In this document: positions 10,700 to 21,740 of the stretch, piece by piece
How the letters are laid out: every line of letters starts with the position of its first letter
Numbering within the stretch: position 1 is the first letter of the stretch
From: Bacillota bacterium
GTDB lineage: Bacteria; Bacillota; UBA5301; Bu52
NCBI GenBank assembly: GCA_014896355.1
Contig: JADBKO010000020.1
Span: 21,852 to 85,851 of the forward strand
Direction: 5' to 3'
Length of the DNA stretch: 64,000 nt
Translations under genes and position numbers: made by a program
The notes under the pieces: generated by a model
What the model was told of the DNA's origin: nothing
The model's input: only the letters and a program-made list of their open reading frames with translations
Databases searched by the model: none

Positions 10700-11359
10700 G
10701 TGCAGTTGGTTTTGTTGGGCCCGCCCGGGGCGGGCAAGGGGACCCAGGCGGAGATGTTGAGCCAGTTCTACGGGATTCCGCAGATCTCCACGGGGAACAT
10801 CCTGCGGGCGGCGGTGCAGGCCGGCAGTGAGCTGGGGCGCCAGGCGCAAAAGTATATGAACGCCGGGCAGCTGGTCCCCGATGAGGTCATTATCGGAGTG
10901 GTGCAGGAGCGGCTGGGGAAGCCGGATTGCGCCGCCGGCTTTCTGCTGGACGGCTTCCCGCGCACGGTGCCGCAGGCGGAGGCCCTGGACCGGGTGTTGG
11001 CAGAGATGGAGCGGCCCTTGACGGCGGCGGTGGAGGTGGCGGTGGATCCCGAGGAGGTGGTGGAGCGCCTGTCCTTGCGGCGGACCTGTCCGCAGTGCGC
11101 AGCGGTCTATCATCTGAAAAACAAGCCGCCGCGCCAGCCGGGCGTTTGCGACGCCTGCGGGGCGGCGCTGGTCCAGCGGGAGGATGACCGCGAAGAGGTG
11201 ATCCGCAAGCGGCTGGAGGTCTACGCCCAGCAGACCGCGCCGTTGGTGGACTACTACGCCGGGAAGAAGCTGCTTCTCAAGGTGGACGGCGGCCAGGAGA
11301 TCGGTGCAGTGCAGGCCGAGATCCGCCGGAAACTGGAGGCAGTTGTGAATAAGGCATGA
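10700..11359 (+). CDS. adk: adenylate kinase, with a Cys4 zinc lid
   Basis: MQLVLLGPPGAGKGTQAEML... P-loop. The lid contains CPQC...CDAC. GTG at 10700 follows a GGGAGG site. In-frame ATG at 10673 and GTG at 10661 are alternatives. Confidence 0.9.
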   Translation: MQLVLLGPPGAGKGTQAEMLSQFYGIPQISTGNILRAAVQAGSELGRQAQKYMNAGQLVPDEVIIGVVQERLGKPDCAAGFLLDGFPRTVPQAEALDRVLAEMERPLTAAVEVAVDPEEVVERLSLRRTCPQCAAVYHLKNKPPRQPGVCDACGAALVQREDDREEVIRKRLEVYAQQTAPLVDYYAGKKLLLKVDGGQEIGAVQAEIRRKLEAVVNKA

Positions 11360-12120
11360 TTGTGTTAAAATCCAATGGCGAGTTGCGGCGGATGCGCCGT
11401 GCAGGCCTGGTGGTCTGGCGCGCGCTGGAACTGGTGCGGGAGCATGTGAAACCCGGGGTCACCACCGGGCATCTGAACCGGTTGGTGGAGGAGATGATGG
11501 CCCGGGAGGGGGCGGTTCCGTCCTTCAAGGGCTATCATGGGTACCCCGCGTCCATCTGTACCTCTGTGGATGAGCAGGTGGTCCACGGTATTCCCGGGGA
11601 CCGCATCCTGCACGAAGGGCAGATTGTCAGCGTGGACATCGGCGCCATCGTGGACGGTTACCACGGCGATGCAGCCCGCACGTTCCCGGTGGGCGTCATC
11701 AGCGCCGAAGCCCAAAGGCTGCTGGACGTGACGTGGCAGGCCCTGCAGGAGGGGATCCAGCAGGCTCGGGTGGGAAACCATCTTTCAGATATCTCTCACG
11801 CCATCCAGGCGTGTGCTGAGGCGGCAGGTTTTTCGGTGGTGCGGGATTACGTGGGGCACGGGATCGGACGGCAGATGCACGAGCCGCCGCAGATTCCCAA
11901 TTACGGGCCGCCGGGTATGGGCCCCAAGCTGCGGGCCGGCATGGTGTTGGCCATCGAGCCCATGGTGAACGCCGGCACCTATGAGGTTCGAACGCTGGAG
12001 GACCAATGGACGGTGGTGACAGTGGATGGTGCGCTGTCTGCCCATTTCGAAAACACAGTGGCCATCACCCCCGAGGGTCCGGCGATTCTGACCGAACCGG
12101 AGCCCACCGGCTATGAGTGA
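11356..12120 (+). CDS. map: type I methionine aminopeptidase
   Basis: ...HGIPGDRILHEGQIVSVDIGAIVDGYHGDAARTFPVG...HGIGRQMHEPPQIPNYG are MetAP-1 metal-binding motifs. ATGA overlap with the adk stop. Confidence 0.95.
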   Translation: MIVLKSNGELRRMRRAGLVVWRALELVREHVKPGVTTGHLNRLVEEMMAREGAVPSFKGYHGYPASICTSVDEQVVHGIPGDRILHEGQIVSVDIGAIVDGYHGDAARTFPVGVISAEAQRLLDVTWQALQEGIQQARVGNHLSDISHAIQACAEAAGFSVVRDYVGHGIGRQMHEPPQIPNYGPPGMGPKLRAGMVLAIEPMVNAGTYEVRTLEDQWTVVTVDGALSAHFENTVAITPEGPAILTEPEPTGYE

Positions 12121-12499
12121 GATCATGCCTGGACAAGTGGTTATCTCCCGGGCTGGCCGGGATCACGGGCGGGCGTACGTGGTTGTGCGCATGGCAGAGC
12201 CGCCCTATGTATGGGTGGCGGACGGCGGTTTGCGGCGTCTGGCGCGGCCCAAGAAGAAAAACGTCCGGCACCTGCAGGCCACCCGGTATGTGGCTCTGCC
12301 GCTGGCCACCCGGCTGCGGGCCGGGCAGCCGGTGAGCGATGAGGATCTGCGTGCTGCGCTGCGGCGCTGGGAGGCGGAAAGGCAACGGCAGAAGGCTTCG
12401 GACGGCGCTGGGACTGCCGGTGCCAGTGCCGGGGGCGCCGCTGCCACCGGTATGGAGGCCGGGGAAGCCCCATGGGCGGGGCAGCGGGAGGGACGGTGA
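12113..12499 (+). CDS. KOW-domain RNA-binding protein (YbzG-like), with an Ala/Gly-rich C-terminal tail
   Basis: [31 protein letters not shown] is a KOW motif. The gene occupies the conserved map-[KOW]-infA slot seen in Bacillus. Start uncertain (12113 or 12125). Confidence 0.6.
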   Translation: MSEIMPGQVVISRAGRDHGRAYVVVRMAEPPYVWVADGGLRRLARPKKKNVRHLQATRYVALPLATRLRAGQPVSDEDLRAALRRWEAERQRQKASDGAGTAGASAGGAAATGMEAGEAPWAGQREGR

Positions 12500-12503
12500 G
12501 CGG

Positions 12504-12918
<415 letters not shown>

Positions 12919-12938
12919 AGGAAGAGGGGTGAAACGGG

Positions 12939-13313
12939 ATGGCTCGTATAGCCGGAGTGGATCTCCCCCGGGACAAGCGGGTGGAGGTGGCGCTGACGTA
13001 CATCTACGGCATCGGCCCCACGCTCAGCAAAAAGGTTTTGGCTGCGGCTCAGGTGAATCCGGACACGCGGGTACGGGACCTGACGGAGGACGAACAGGTG
13101 CGCCTGCGTGATATCATCGAGAAGAATTACAAGATCGAGGGGGACCTGCGCCGCGAGGAATCCATGAACATCAAGCGCCTCATGGAGATCGGGTGCTACC
13201 GCGGCCTGCGGCATCGCCGGGGACTGCCCGTGCGGGGCCAGCGCACGCACACCAATGCCCGCACCCGCAAGGGGCCAGGCAAGGCCATCGGCCTGAAGCG
13301 CAAGAAGGCCTGA
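12939..13313 (+). CDS. rpsM: 30S ribosomal protein S13
   Basis: [28 protein letters not shown]... is S13. Confidence 0.95.
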   Translation: MARIAGVDLPRDKRVEVALTYIYGIGPTLSKKVLAAAQVNPDTRVRDLTEDEQVRLRDIIEKNYKIEGDLRREESMNIKRLMEIGCYRGLRHRRGLPVRGQRTHTNARTRKGPGKAIGLKRKKA

Positions 13314-13347
13314 CGCCGCAGAGGCATGACCGAAGGGGGAAGAAGGT

Positions 13348-13743
13348 TTGGCACGTACAGCGGGACAGACCCGGCCGAAGAAGCGTGAGCGGAAGAACGT
13401 GGAAAGTGGCATCGCCCATATCCGCTCGACCTTCAACAATACCCTCGTGACCATCACGGACAAGGCCGGGAATGTGATTTGTTGGTCCAGCGCGGGAAAT
13501 ATTGGAATGAAGGGCTCCCGGAAAGGGACGCCGTTCGCGGCCGGGACTGCCGCGGAGCGCGCGGCGCGAATGGCCATGGACCATGGCATGCGGGAGGTGG
13601 AGGTCCTGGTGAAGGGGCCGGGGGCCGGCCGTGAGGCCGCCATCCGTTCCTTGCAGGCGGCCGGCCTGGAGGTGAGCCTCATCAAGGACGTCACTCCGAT
13701 CCCGCACAACGGTTGCCGCCCGCCGAAGCGCCGCCGCGTCTGA
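13348..13743 (+). CDS. rpsK: 30S ribosomal protein S11
   Basis: ...[30 protein letters not shown]... is S11. TTG start. Confidence 0.95.
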   Translation: MARTAGQTRPKKRERKNVESGIAHIRSTFNNTLVTITDKAGNVICWSSAGNIGMKGSRKGTPFAAGTAAERAARMAMDHGMREVEVLVKGPGAGREAAIRSLQAAGLEVSLIKDVTPIPHNGCRPPKRRRV

Positions 13744-13858
13744 TGGCGAAGGCGAAACAGGAGCCAGTCTGGGTCTGGGAATTTGACCGGTGGAACCCCT
13801 TCACAGGGCGTTCGCCACAATCTGTCCGCAACAGGACTTGGAGGTGCAGCAAAGGGGA

Positions 13859-14488
13859 ATGGCGAGATACACGGGACCGGCGTGCCGGTTGTGCCGGCGT
13901 GCTGGCGAGAAGCTCTTCCTGAAGGGGGAGCGTTGCTATACAAACAAGTGCTCCATCGACCGCCGCAATTACGGCCCCGGGCAGCACGGTCAGGCCCGGC
14001 GCGGCAAGGCGTCGGAGTATGCTCTGCAGATGCGGGAGAAGCAGAAGCTGCGCCGCATCTATGGGATTATGGAAGCACAGTTCGAAAACTATTTTGAAAA
14101 GGCAGCCCGCAAGACCGGTGTCACCGGCGAGATGTTGCTACAGCTGTTGGAGCGGCGCCTGGACAATGTGGTATACCGGCTGGGCTTTGCCCTTTCCCGG
14201 GCGGAGGCCCGGCAGCTGGTGCGGCACGGCCATATTCAGGTCAACGGACGCAAGGTGAACATCCCGTCGTACCTGGTGGCGGCCGGGGATGAGGTGTCCG
14301 TGAAGGAGGCCAGCCGCAAGATCCCGCGCATGGTGGAGCTGTCGCAGGGATTCCGCACGCGCAATGTGCCGAAATGGCTGGAGCTAAACCCGGAGACGTG
14401 GACCGGCAAGGTCCTGGCCCTGCCGCGGCGCGAGGACATCGACATGCCCGTGGAGGAGCACCTGATCGTCGAGTTCTACTCCCGCTAA
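13859..14488 (+). CDS. rpsD: 30S ribosomal protein S4 (zinc-ribbon type)
   Basis: [31 protein letters not shown]... is the S4 N-terminus with Cys4. ATG at 13859 follows an AAAGGGGA site. The track ORF starts at an upstream in-frame ATG at 13790. Confidence 0.9.
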   Translation: MARYTGPACRLCRRAGEKLFLKGERCYTNKCSIDRRNYGPGQHGQARRGKASEYALQMREKQKLRRIYGIMEAQFENYFEKAARKTGVTGEMLLQLLERRLDNVVYRLGFALSRAEARQLVRHGHIQVNGRKVNIPSYLVAAGDEVSVKEASRKIPRMVELSQGFRTRNVPKWLELNPETWTGKVLALPRREDIDMPVEEHLIVEFYSR

Positions 14489-14519
14489 GGCACCGTAGCC
14501 CTGCAAGGAGGATGTTCGG

Positions 14520-15467
14520 ATGATCGAAATGGTCAAGCCAAAGGTGGAGAGCACGGAGGTCACCCAGGATTATGGGAAATTCGTCATCGAACCTTTGGAG
14601 CGCGGGTACGGCACGACGATAGGGAATGCCCTCCGCCGGGTTTTGCTATCCTCGTTGCCAGGGGCGGCGGTCACGACCTTGAAGATTGACGGTGTCTTGC
14701 ATGAGTTTTCCACCATCCCTGGGGTCGTTGAGGACGTCACGGACATCGTGCTGAGCCTGAAGGAGCTCGTCATCAAGCTGCACGGCGACGAACCCCAGGT
14801 CATCCGTATTGAAGCCCAGGGGGCTGGCGAGGTCAAGGCGGGCGATATCCTCACCGGGTCCCAGGTGGAGATTTTGAACCCGGACCTGCATATTGCCACT
14901 CTGGAGCCGGACGGCCGGCTCATGGCGGAAATCACAGTGGCCCGGGGACGCGGGTATGTCCCGGCGGAAAAGCAGGACCGGGGCGAACAGCCCATTGGCA
15001 TCATTCCAGTGGATTCCCTGTACTCGCCGGTGCGGCGGGTGAACTTCACCGTGGAGGACACCCGGGTGGGCCAGGTGACGAACTACGACCGCCTGACCTT
15101 GGAGGTCTGGACCAACGGGACCATCCGGCCGGATGAAGCCACGAGCATGGCGGCCAAGATCCTCCGGGACCATGTGGACCTGTTCGTCCATCTGACGGAC
15201 AATGTGCCGACCCTGGAGATGCTGGTGGAAAAAGAGGACGAGAGCCAGAACCGGCAGCTGGAGATGTCCATCGAGGAACTGGACCTCTCGGTCCGTTCCT
15301 ACAACTGCCTGAAGCGCGCGGGCATCAACACCGTCGGGGAGTTGACCCGGCGGACCGAGGCGGACATGATGAAAGTCCGCAATCTGGGACGCAAGTCCCT
15401 GGAAGAAGTGGTCCAGAAGCTGGCGGCGCTGGGCCTGTCGCTAAAAAAGTCCGAGGACGAGGAATAG
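14520..15467 (+). CDS. rpoA: DNA-directed RNA polymerase alpha subunit
   Basis: [51 protein letters not shown]... is RpoA. AAGGAGG site upstream. Confidence 0.95.
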   Translation: MIEMVKPKVESTEVTQDYGKFVIEPLERGYGTTIGNALRRVLLSSLPGAAVTTLKIDGVLHEFSTIPGVVEDVTDIVLSLKELVIKLHGDEPQVIRIEAQGAGEVKAGDILTGSQVEILNPDLHIATLEPDGRLMAEITVARGRGYVPAEKQDRGEQPIGIIPVDSLYSPVRRVNFTVEDTRVGQVTNYDRLTLEVWTNGTIRPDEATSMAAKILRDHVDLFVHLTDNVPTLEMLVEKEDESQNRQLEMSIEELDLSVRSYNCLKRAGINTVGELTRRTEADMMKVRNLGRKSLEEVVQKLAALGLSLKKSEDEE

Positions 15468-15487
15468 CACGCAGAGAGGTGGAGCGC

Positions 15488-15829
15488 ATGAAACGGGGCA
15501 AGCTGGGGCGGGACTCCGGAGCGCGCCGGGCGCTGTTTCGGTCCCTGTCGGCAGCGGTTCTGCTGCACGGCCGCATCGAGACCACCGAGGCCAAAGCGAA
15601 GTCGGTCCAGGCCATGGTCGATAAACTCATCACCCTGGGCAAGCGGGGGGATTTGCACGCCCGGCGCCAGGCTGCTGCGTTTTTGAACGATCCGGAGGCT
15701 GTCAAGAAGCTGTTTGAGACCGTGGCCCCCCGCTACAAGGAACGCAACGGCGGTTACACGCGAGTGCTGCGGACCAGCGTGCGCCGGGGCGACGGGGCGC
15801 CATTGGCCCTCCTGGAGCTGGTCTCCTGA
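15488..15829 (+). CDS. rplQ: 50S ribosomal protein L17
   Basis: [33 protein letters not shown]... is L17. ATG at 15488. The GTG at 15479 is an alternative start. Confidence 0.9.
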   Translation: MKRGKLGRDSGARRALFRSLSAAVLLHGRIETTEAKAKSVQAMVDKLITLGKRGDLHARRQAAAFLNDPEAVKKLFETVAPRYKERNGGYTRVLRTSVRRGDGAPLALLELVS

Positions 15830-16030
15830 CGTGGCGGGCTGCGGGCGGATCGGAGCCTGACAAAGCGGAGCAGACAAGCAGGCGGCAGAGGTGGACGGCA
15901 TCCGGCGCAGGCGGGCCGGGCCCGTGCCTCTGCTTGTTATTATCGTGGACCCTGTGGCCGCGGGCGGGCCGAGGCCGGCCGCTGGCCCTGGCCCGGAGCG
16001 GGATTCCGTGTGGGGAGCGGGGGTTCGAGC

Positions 16031-16936
16031 GTGCCGGGACCGTTGATTGAAGTGCGCAGCCTGGAGCATGTTTTCCTCACCCGGGGCGGAGGGGAATTGC
16101 CGGCTCTGCAAGGCATCGACCTGGACGTGGAGCAAGGCGAATTTCTCGCCATCGTGGGGCACAACGGCTCGGGGAAATCCACGCTGGCCAGGCATTTCAA
16201 TGCGCTGCTGCTACCCACCCGGGGTAGCGTACGGGTGGAAGGCCTGGACACCGCCGATCCGGAGAATCTTTGGACCATCCGCCAGAAGGTGGGGATGGTG
16301 TTTCAAAATCCCGATAATCAGCTGGTGGCCACCACGGTGGAAGAGGACGTGGCCTTCGGGCCGGAAAACCTGGGCGTGCCGCAGCCAGTGCTGCGTGCCC
16401 GGGTGGATGAGGCCCTGGCTGCCGTGGGCATGAGCGAGTTTGCCCATTTGGAGCCGCACCGGCTTTCCGGCGGCCAAAAGCAGCGGGTGGCCATCGCCGG
16501 GGTCATTGCCATGCGCCCCCGCTGCCTGGTTCTGGACGAGCCCACGGCCATGCTGGATCCGGTGGGACGCCGCGAAGTGCTGGCGACGGTGCGGCGGCTG
16601 AACCAGGAGGAGGGCATCACGGTCATCTACATCACCCACTTCATGGAGGAGGCGGTGCGGGCCGACCGGGTGCTGGTGATGGAGCAGGGACGCGTGGCCT
16701 TGCAGGGCACACCTCGCCAGGTCTTCAGCCAGGTGGAGCGAATGAAGGCCCTGCATCTGGACGTGCCGCCTGTGACGGAGCTGGCCCACCGCTTGGCCGG
16801 GCGAGGCTGGGCCGTGCCCACGGATGTGCTGACTGCTCAGGAGCTGGCCGCGGCGCTGCTGCAGGTTGTGGGTGGGCAGGCGGCCCCGGCGCAGCCCGAG
16901 GCGGGAACGGAGCGAGCCTCCCATGCCTATCATTGA
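16031..16936 (+). CDS. ecfA: ECF transporter ATPase component EcfA1
   Basis: Walker [13 protein letters not shown] signature LSGGQKQRV and Walker B LVLDEP. Its position after rplQ matches the Bacillus rplQ-ecfA-ecfA'-ecfT-truA order. Start 16031 (MPGPLIEV...) or GTG at 16010. Confidence 0.85.
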   Translation: MPGPLIEVRSLEHVFLTRGGGELPALQGIDLDVEQGEFLAIVGHNGSGKSTLARHFNALLLPTRGSVRVEGLDTADPENLWTIRQKVGMVFQNPDNQLVATTVEEDVAFGPENLGVPQPVLRARVDEALAAVGMSEFAHLEPHRLSGGQKQRVAIAGVIAMRPRCLVLDEPTAMLDPVGRREVLATVRRLNQEEGITVIYITHFMEEAVRADRVLVMEQGRVALQGTPRQVFSQVERMKALHLDVPPVTELAHRLAGRGWAVPTDVLTAQELAAALLQVVGGQAAPAQPEAGTERASHAYH

Positions 16937-17810
16937 GATTCACGGCCTCACCCACCAGTATCTGCCCGGCACCCCCATGGCCGTGACGGCGCTGAGCAAC
17001 ATCGAGCTCAGCGTGGAAGCCGGTGAATTCGTGGGCATCCTCGGCCACACCGGCTCCGGCAAGTCCACCCTGGTCCAGTATTTGAACGGCCTGTTGCGCC
17101 CCAAGGACACGGGCCGGGTCATCGTGGACGGCAACGATGTGGGGGACCGCAAAGTGCCGCTGCGGGCCCTGCGGCAGCGGGTGGGGCTGGTGTTCCAGTA
17201 TCCGGAATACCAGATCTTCGAGGAGACCGTGGCCCAGGACGTGGCCTTCGGCCCCACCAATCTGGGCCTTTCCCCCAAGGAAGTGCAGGAGCGGGTTCAG
17301 GAGGCGTTGCGGGCAGTGCGGCTGGATCCCAGGCGCTACGGCGACCGTTCGCCCTATGAGCTGTCCGGAGGCGAGCTGCGCCGGGTGGCCCTGGCCGGGG
17401 TCTTGGCCATGCGGCCCAAGATCCTCATTCTGGATGAGCCCACCGCCGGCCTGGATCCGCGTGGCCGCGATCAGTTGTTGGAACTGGTCCGTTCCTGGCA
17501 CCGCGAGCGGCATCTGACGGTCCTCATGGTCTCCCACAGCATGGATGACGTAGCCCAGTTGGCCAACCGCCTGGTGGTGCTGCACCGCGGCCACCTGGTC
17601 ATGAACGGCACCCCGCGGGAGGTGTTCCAGCGGGCCGCCGAGCTGGAAGCCATCGGGCTGGGAATTCCGCAGGTGACCCAGCTGATGATCCAGCTGCACC
17701 AGGCGGGGCTGCCGGTGGACCCGGCCTGCCTCACCCTGGACCAGGCCGAGCGGGAACTGGTCCGGCTGGGCGCCGGCAAAGGCCGCAAAGGGGGCGCAAC
17801 CCGTGCTTGA
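16923..17810 (+). CDS. ecfA2: ECF transporter ATPase component EcfA2
   Basis: [13 protein letters not shown]...GHTGSGKST...[35 protein letters not shown] at 16923 overlaps the ecfA1 3' end. Confidence 0.9.
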   Translation: MPIIEIHGLTHQYLPGTPMAVTALSNIELSVEAGEFVGILGHTGSGKSTLVQYLNGLLRPKDTGRVIVDGNDVGDRKVPLRALRQRVGLVFQYPEYQIFEETVAQDVAFGPTNLGLSPKEVQERVQEALRAVRLDPRRYGDRSPYELSGGELRRVALAGVLAMRPKILILDEPTAGLDPRGRDQLLELVRSWHRERHLTVLMVSHSMDDVAQLANRLVVLHRGHLVMNGTPREVFQRAAELEAIGLGIPQVTQLMIQLHQAGLPVDPACLTLDQAERELVRLGAGKGRKGGATRA

Positions 17811-18594
17811 GGGCATCACCATCGGCCAATATGTGCCCGGCGACTCTCCCGTACATACCCTGGATCCCCGGGTGAAGCTGGTGGCCACTGTGGTGCTGAT
17901 CACCGTCCTTTTTCTGATCAACAGCTTCGCCGGCTACGGGCTGATTGCCGCCTTTTTGGTGGGAGTGTTCGCTGTAGCCCGGCTGCCCGTGCGTTACGTG
18001 TGGCGGGGGCTGCGGCCGCTGCTGTTCATCGTATTGCTGACGGTGGTTCTGAACATGCTGATGACCCCGGGCCAGGTGTGGGCCAAGTGGGGGCCTTTCA
18101 CGATCACGGACGCCGGCGTCATCCGAGGCTCTCAGATGGGGCTGCGCCTTATCTTGCTGGTGGTGGCCACCAGTCTGCTGACCCTGGCCACCTCCCCCAT
18201 CAGCCTCACAGACGGCATCGAGAGTTTGCTGCGGCCCTTCCGGAGGGTGGGCGTGCCCGCCCATGAGCTGGCCATGATGATGACCATCGCCCTGCGGTTT
18301 ATTCCCACCCTGCTGGAGGAGACGGACAAGATCATCAAGGCCCAGATGGCCCGGGGGGCGGATTTCGAGTCCGGCAATCTGCTGCGGCGGGCGCGCAACA
18401 TGATCCCGCTGCTGGTGCCACTCTTTCTCAGCGCCTTTCGGCGGGCCGACGAGCTGGCCACAGCCATGGAGTCCCGCTGCTACCGGGGCGGCGAGGGCCG
18501 CACCCGGCTGCGGGCGCTGGTGCTGACCCGCCGCGACGTGGCCGTGCTGTCCGCAGTGGTTGTGTTCAGCGTGGCGGTGGCGGTGATATTTTGA
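17803..18594 (+). CDS. ecfT: ECF transporter transmembrane (T) component EcfT
   Basis: Hydrophobic multi-transmembrane protein of 263 aa with the CbiQ/EcfT-type ARG...R motif region. Directly follows the two EcfA genes. Confidence 0.9.
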   Translation: MLEGITIGQYVPGDSPVHTLDPRVKLVATVVLITVLFLINSFAGYGLIAAFLVGVFAVARLPVRYVWRGLRPLLFIVLLTVVLNMLMTPGQVWAKWGPFTITDAGVIRGSQMGLRLILLVVATSLLTLATSPISLTDGIESLLRPFRRVGVPAHELAMMMTIALRFIPTLLEETDKIIKAQMARGADFESGNLLRRARNMIPLLVPLFLSAFRRADELATAMESRCYRGGEGRTRLRALVLTRRDVAVLSAVVVFSVAVAVIF

Positions 18595-18793
18595 CGGGGT
18601 GGCGGCGTGCCGCCGCGGGCGATCACGGCAGGCGATCACCGTAGGCGCCGCGGCAGGGGAACGCCGCGGGGATGAGGGTATGGGGGCAACGATGGGTGGG
18701 CAAGAAGGGGCCGGGCCGGGCGCGGCGCCGGGCCATGTGGCAGCGCCGGGCGGCGTGAAAGTGCCGGGCAGCGTGCCAGTGCCAGGCAAAGCG

Positions 18794-19615
18794 ATGGCGC
18801 CGCGGAACGTGGCTGTCATCATCAGCTATGACGGCACGGACTTTGCCGGTTTCCAGCGGCAGGCGCGGGCGCAGGGATCGCGCACCGTACAGGAGGAGCT
18901 GGAGCGGGCCTTGCGCCGCCTGACCGGCGAAACCCAGCTGCGGGTAGTGGGAGCCGGGCGGACGGACGCCGGCGTCCACGCCCTGGGCCAGGTGATCCAT
19001 TTTCGCACGGCCAGCCGCATCCCAGCGCAACGCTGGGTAGCGCCGAAAACCCGGATGCGGTACGAGGCGTTGGCGGGGAGAAGTTCCGTACTACCGGGCT
19101 TGAAACGCCAGCAGGCGCCGCCGGGGGCGAGATCTGCGTTGCGAGGCTTCGGGCGGCAGTCGAGGCGCAGGGCGTTCGCCGAAAGATCTGGATGCCGCGC
19201 GTCGGGGGCTGGAGGCGTTCGTCGGACGCTTGACGCGGAAGAAAAAAGAAAGCGTGTGCCCTGCGGCTGGAGGCGGCACTTTGGCGCGCCCGGGATGAGG
19301 CCGCCCGGGCGGGAAGACGAAGCCCGGGAGAAAGCCCAAGCCCGGAAGACCGGCGGCCGAAAGCGTATGCGGCCCCCTTTCCCGACCTGCCGTGGTCGGA
19401 CGTCGACCGGCTTCGGGAAGCGGTCTTCCGGCAGGCCCGGGAGGCCGAGGCGCACCGGCAAAAGCGCTCGAGCAAGCGACGGCCGAGCCGGCAAGCTGTC
19501 CATGATACGCTGCAGCGGGCGCAGGCGGCCCTGGAGGAGCTGGAATCCAGGCTGGGTTTCCTGCAGCGTCTGGCGCGCCTGGACCAGCTGGCCGGGCGGC
19601 TGGATGCGGCGCTAA
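18794..19615 (+). CDS. truA: tRNA pseudouridine synthase A-like: only the N-terminal ~81 aa match TruA; the rest of the frame is unrecognisable (possible truncated gene or pseudogene)
   Basis: [23 protein letters not shown]...[31 protein letters not shown] includes the catalytic Asp motif GRTDAGVHA. After ~19036, none of the three + frames shows TruA mid- or C-terminal motifs. The track ORF runs from 18599 with a low-complexity N-terminal extension. Confidence 0.45.
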   Translation: MAPRNVAVIISYDGTDFAGFQRQARAQGSRTVQEELERALRRLTGETQLRVVGAGRTDAGVHALGQVIHFRTASRIPAQRWVAPKTRMRYEALAGRSSVLPGLKRQQAPPGARSALRGFGRQSRRRAFAERSGCRASGAGGVRRTLDAEEKRKRVPCGWRRHFGAPGMRPPGREDEAREKAQARKTGGRKRMRPPFPTCRGRTSTGFGKRSSGRPGRPRRTGKSARASDGRAGKLSMIRCSGRRRPWRSWNPGWVSCSVWRAWTSWPGGWMRR

Positions 19616-19719
19616 CCGCTCTGGAGCGGGACACCGGGCACGGAGGGCAGGGCACCCGGCACGGCCTGCACCCGGTGCGGGCGGCTCTGGATGAATTATT
19701 GCGCGAATTGCGCCGTTAG
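19234..19719 (+). pseudogene. YlxM/UPF0122-like remnant: the C-terminal half matches, but there is no canonical start codon in the frame
   Basis: The frame ending at TAG 19717-19719 translates to ...[32 protein letters not shown]... B. subtilis YlxM has ...[24 protein letters not shown].LLQKF... YlxM sits upstream of ffh in Bacillus. There is no ATG, GTG or TTG in the frame after the TGA at 19231. The upstream helix-turn-helix part is not recognisable. Confidence 0.3.
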
Positions 19720-19734
19720 GGAGGAGGGCCGGGC

Positions 19735-21111
19735 ATGGCCTTCGAAAGCCTGACGTCCCGCTTGCAGGAGGCGTTCCGCCGCCTGCGCGGCAAGGGCAAG
19801 CTCACGGAAAAAGACGTGAACGAAGCCTTGCGCGAGATCCGCCTGGCCCTTCTGGAGGCCGACGTCAATTACCGCGTAGTAAAGGATTTCGTCGGCCGGG
19901 TCAAGGAGGCGGCGCTGGGGCAGGACGTTCTCTCCAGCCTGACGCCAGGCCAGCAGGTCATCAAGATCGTGCATGAGAAGCTGGTGGAGTTGCTGGGCCA
20001 ATCTCCGGCCCGCCTGGAGGTGGCCAATACCCCGCCCAGCGTCTACATGCTGGTGGGCCTGCAGGGGGCAGGCAAAACCACCGCTTCTGCCAAGCTGGCG
20101 TATATGCTGCGCCGCCAGGGCCGCAAGCCCCTCTTGGCCAGCGTAGACGTCTACCGTCCGGCGGCCGTGGAGCAACTGCAGATCCTGGCGGCCTCCGTGC
20201 CGGCAGATTTTTTTCCGGCGGAAGGCCCCGCGGGCAGGCAGCCCTTGGCTCTGGCCCGCCAGGCCGTGGGTGAGGCCCGGCGCGTAGGGGCGGATGCGCT
20301 CCTTTTGGATACCGCCGGCAGGTTGCAGATTGACGAAGCGATGATGCAGGAGCTGGCCGATCTGCAGGCAGCGGTTCAGCCGCAGGAGATCCTGCTGGTG
20401 GTGGATGCCATGACCGGCCAGGATGCCGTGAATGTGGCCAAGGCTTTCCAGGACCGCCTGGGGCTCACGGGCGTGATTCTCAGCAAGCTGGACGGGGACA
20501 CCCGGGGCGGCGCTGCCCTTTCCATCCGGGCCGTCACGGGGACCCCCATCAAGTTCGCCAGCCTTGGTGAAAAGCTTGATACCTTGGAGGCGTTCCACCC
20601 TGACCGCATGGCCACCCGCATCCTGGGCATGGGCGATGTGTTGACCCTCATCGAAAAGGCTCAGGCCACCATGGATGCGGAGAAAGCCCGGGCCCTGGCC
20701 GGCAAAATGGCGCGGGCTGAGCTGACGCTGGACGATTTCCTGGAACAGCTGCAGCAGATGCGGCGCCTGGGCCCGCTGGACCAGATCCTGGGCATGCTGC
20801 CGGGCTTCGGCCCCGCCAAACAGCTGAAAGGCCTGCAGGTGGATGAGAAAGAGCTGAGTCACGTGGAGGCCATCATCCGCTCCATGACCGTGCAGGAGCG
20901 GCGGAATCCCGCCATCATCGATGGCAGCAGGCGCCGGCGCATCGCTGCCGGCAGCGGCACGCGGGTGCAAGATGTGAACCGCCTGCTCAAACAGTTTGAG
21001 CAGACCCGTCAGATGCTCAAACAGTTTGGGGCTTTGGATAAAAAGGCCAGGCGGCACGGGGGACCGGGCAGATTTCCGCTGCTTCCCCCCGATCCCGGAG
21101 CGAGGAGGTGA
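19735..21111 (+). CDS. ffh: signal recognition particle protein Ffh
   Basis: N-G domains (GLQGAGKTT...DTAGR...) plus a Met-rich M domain. GGGAGGAGGG site upstream. Confidence 0.95.
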   Translation: MAFESLTSRLQEAFRRLRGKGKLTEKDVNEALREIRLALLEADVNYRVVKDFVGRVKEAALGQDVLSSLTPGQQVIKIVHEKLVELLGQSPARLEVANTPPSVYMLVGLQGAGKTTASAKLAYMLRRQGRKPLLASVDVYRPAAVEQLQILAASVPADFFPAEGPAGRQPLALARQAVGEARRVGADALLLDTAGRLQIDEAMMQELADLQAAVQPQEILLVVDAMTGQDAVNVAKAFQDRLGLTGVILSKLDGDTRGGAALSIRAVTGTPIKFASLGEKLDTLEAFHPDRMATRILGMGDVLTLIEKAQATMDAEKARALAGKMARAELTLDDFLEQLQQMRRLGPLDQILGMLPGFGPAKQLKGLQVDEKELSHVEAIIRSMTVQERRNPAIIDGSRRRRIAAGSGTRVQDVNRLLKQFEQTRQMLKQFGALDKKARRHGGPGRFPLLPPDPGARR

Positions 21112-21115
21112 GACC

Positions 21116-21427
21116 ATGGCTGTGCGTATCCGTCTGAAGCGTATGGGAGCCAAAAAACGTCCGTTCTACCGGCTGGTGGTGGCCGATTCCCGTTATCCCC
21201 GGGACGGGCGGTTCATTGAAACCATCGGGCATTATAATCCTCTGGCCGAACCGGCGGAGGTCAAGGTGGACCAGGAGAAGGCCCTGGAGTGGCTGCGCAA
21301 AGGGGCCCAGCCGTCCGACACGGCCCGCAAGCTGTTGAGCCAGGCTGGGGTCATGCAGCGCTGGCACGAGACCCGTCATGCGAAACCGGCCCCGCCGGCG
21401 GAAGGTGCCGGTACCGCGCAAGGATAG
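21116..21427 (+). CDS. rpsP: 30S ribosomal protein S16
   Basis: [42 protein letters not shown]... is S16. GAGGAGG site upstream. Confidence 0.95.
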   Translation: MAVRIRLKRMGAKKRPFYRLVVADSRYPRDGRFIETIGHYNPLAEPAEVKVDQEKALEWLRKGAQPSDTARKLLSQAGVMQRWHETRHAKPAPPAEGAGTAQG

Positions 21428-21442
21428 AGGCGGTGACACGTT

Positions 21443-21688
21443 ATGGGGGGCGAATCCCTGAAGGAACTGCTGGAATACATGGCCCGGGCCCTGGTGTTGC
21501 ACCCGGATTCCGTCCAGGTGGACATGGAAGAGAATCCGGATGAGGTCCGCCTGCGGCTGGCCGTGGATCCGGCAGACACGGGAAAAGTCATCGGCAAACA
21601 GGGGCGCATCGCCCAGGCCATGCGGACGGTGATGAAAGCTGCCGCAGTCCACGACGGGCGGCGGGTCAGCGTGGACATCCAGGACTGA
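21443..21688 (+). CDS. KH-domain RNA-binding protein (YlqC-like)
   Basis: ...VQVDMEENPDEVRLRLAVDPADTGKVIGKQGRIAQAMRTV... carries the KH motif VIGKQG. It occupies the conserved slot between rpsP and rimM. Confidence 0.85.
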   Translation: MGGESLKELLEYMARALVLHPDSVQVDMEENPDEVRLRLAVDPADTGKVIGKQGRIAQAMRTVMKAAAVHDGRRVSVDIQD

Positions 21689-21740
21689 CCCGAAGGGAAA
21701 AGGCCCGGGCTTCCGCGAGGATTTCATCCTTGTCGGCCGC

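Noticed and set aside
18599-18793. N-terminal 65-aa extension of the truA ORF ([64 protein letters not shown]).
   Set aside because: Low-complexity Gly/Ala/Pro run with short direct DNA repeats (GGCGATCAC x2; GTGCCGGGC/GTGCCAGGC). TruA homology begins at M66 (18794). The ATG at 18680 with a GGGATGAGGG site is a possible alternative start, but the extension itself has no homology.
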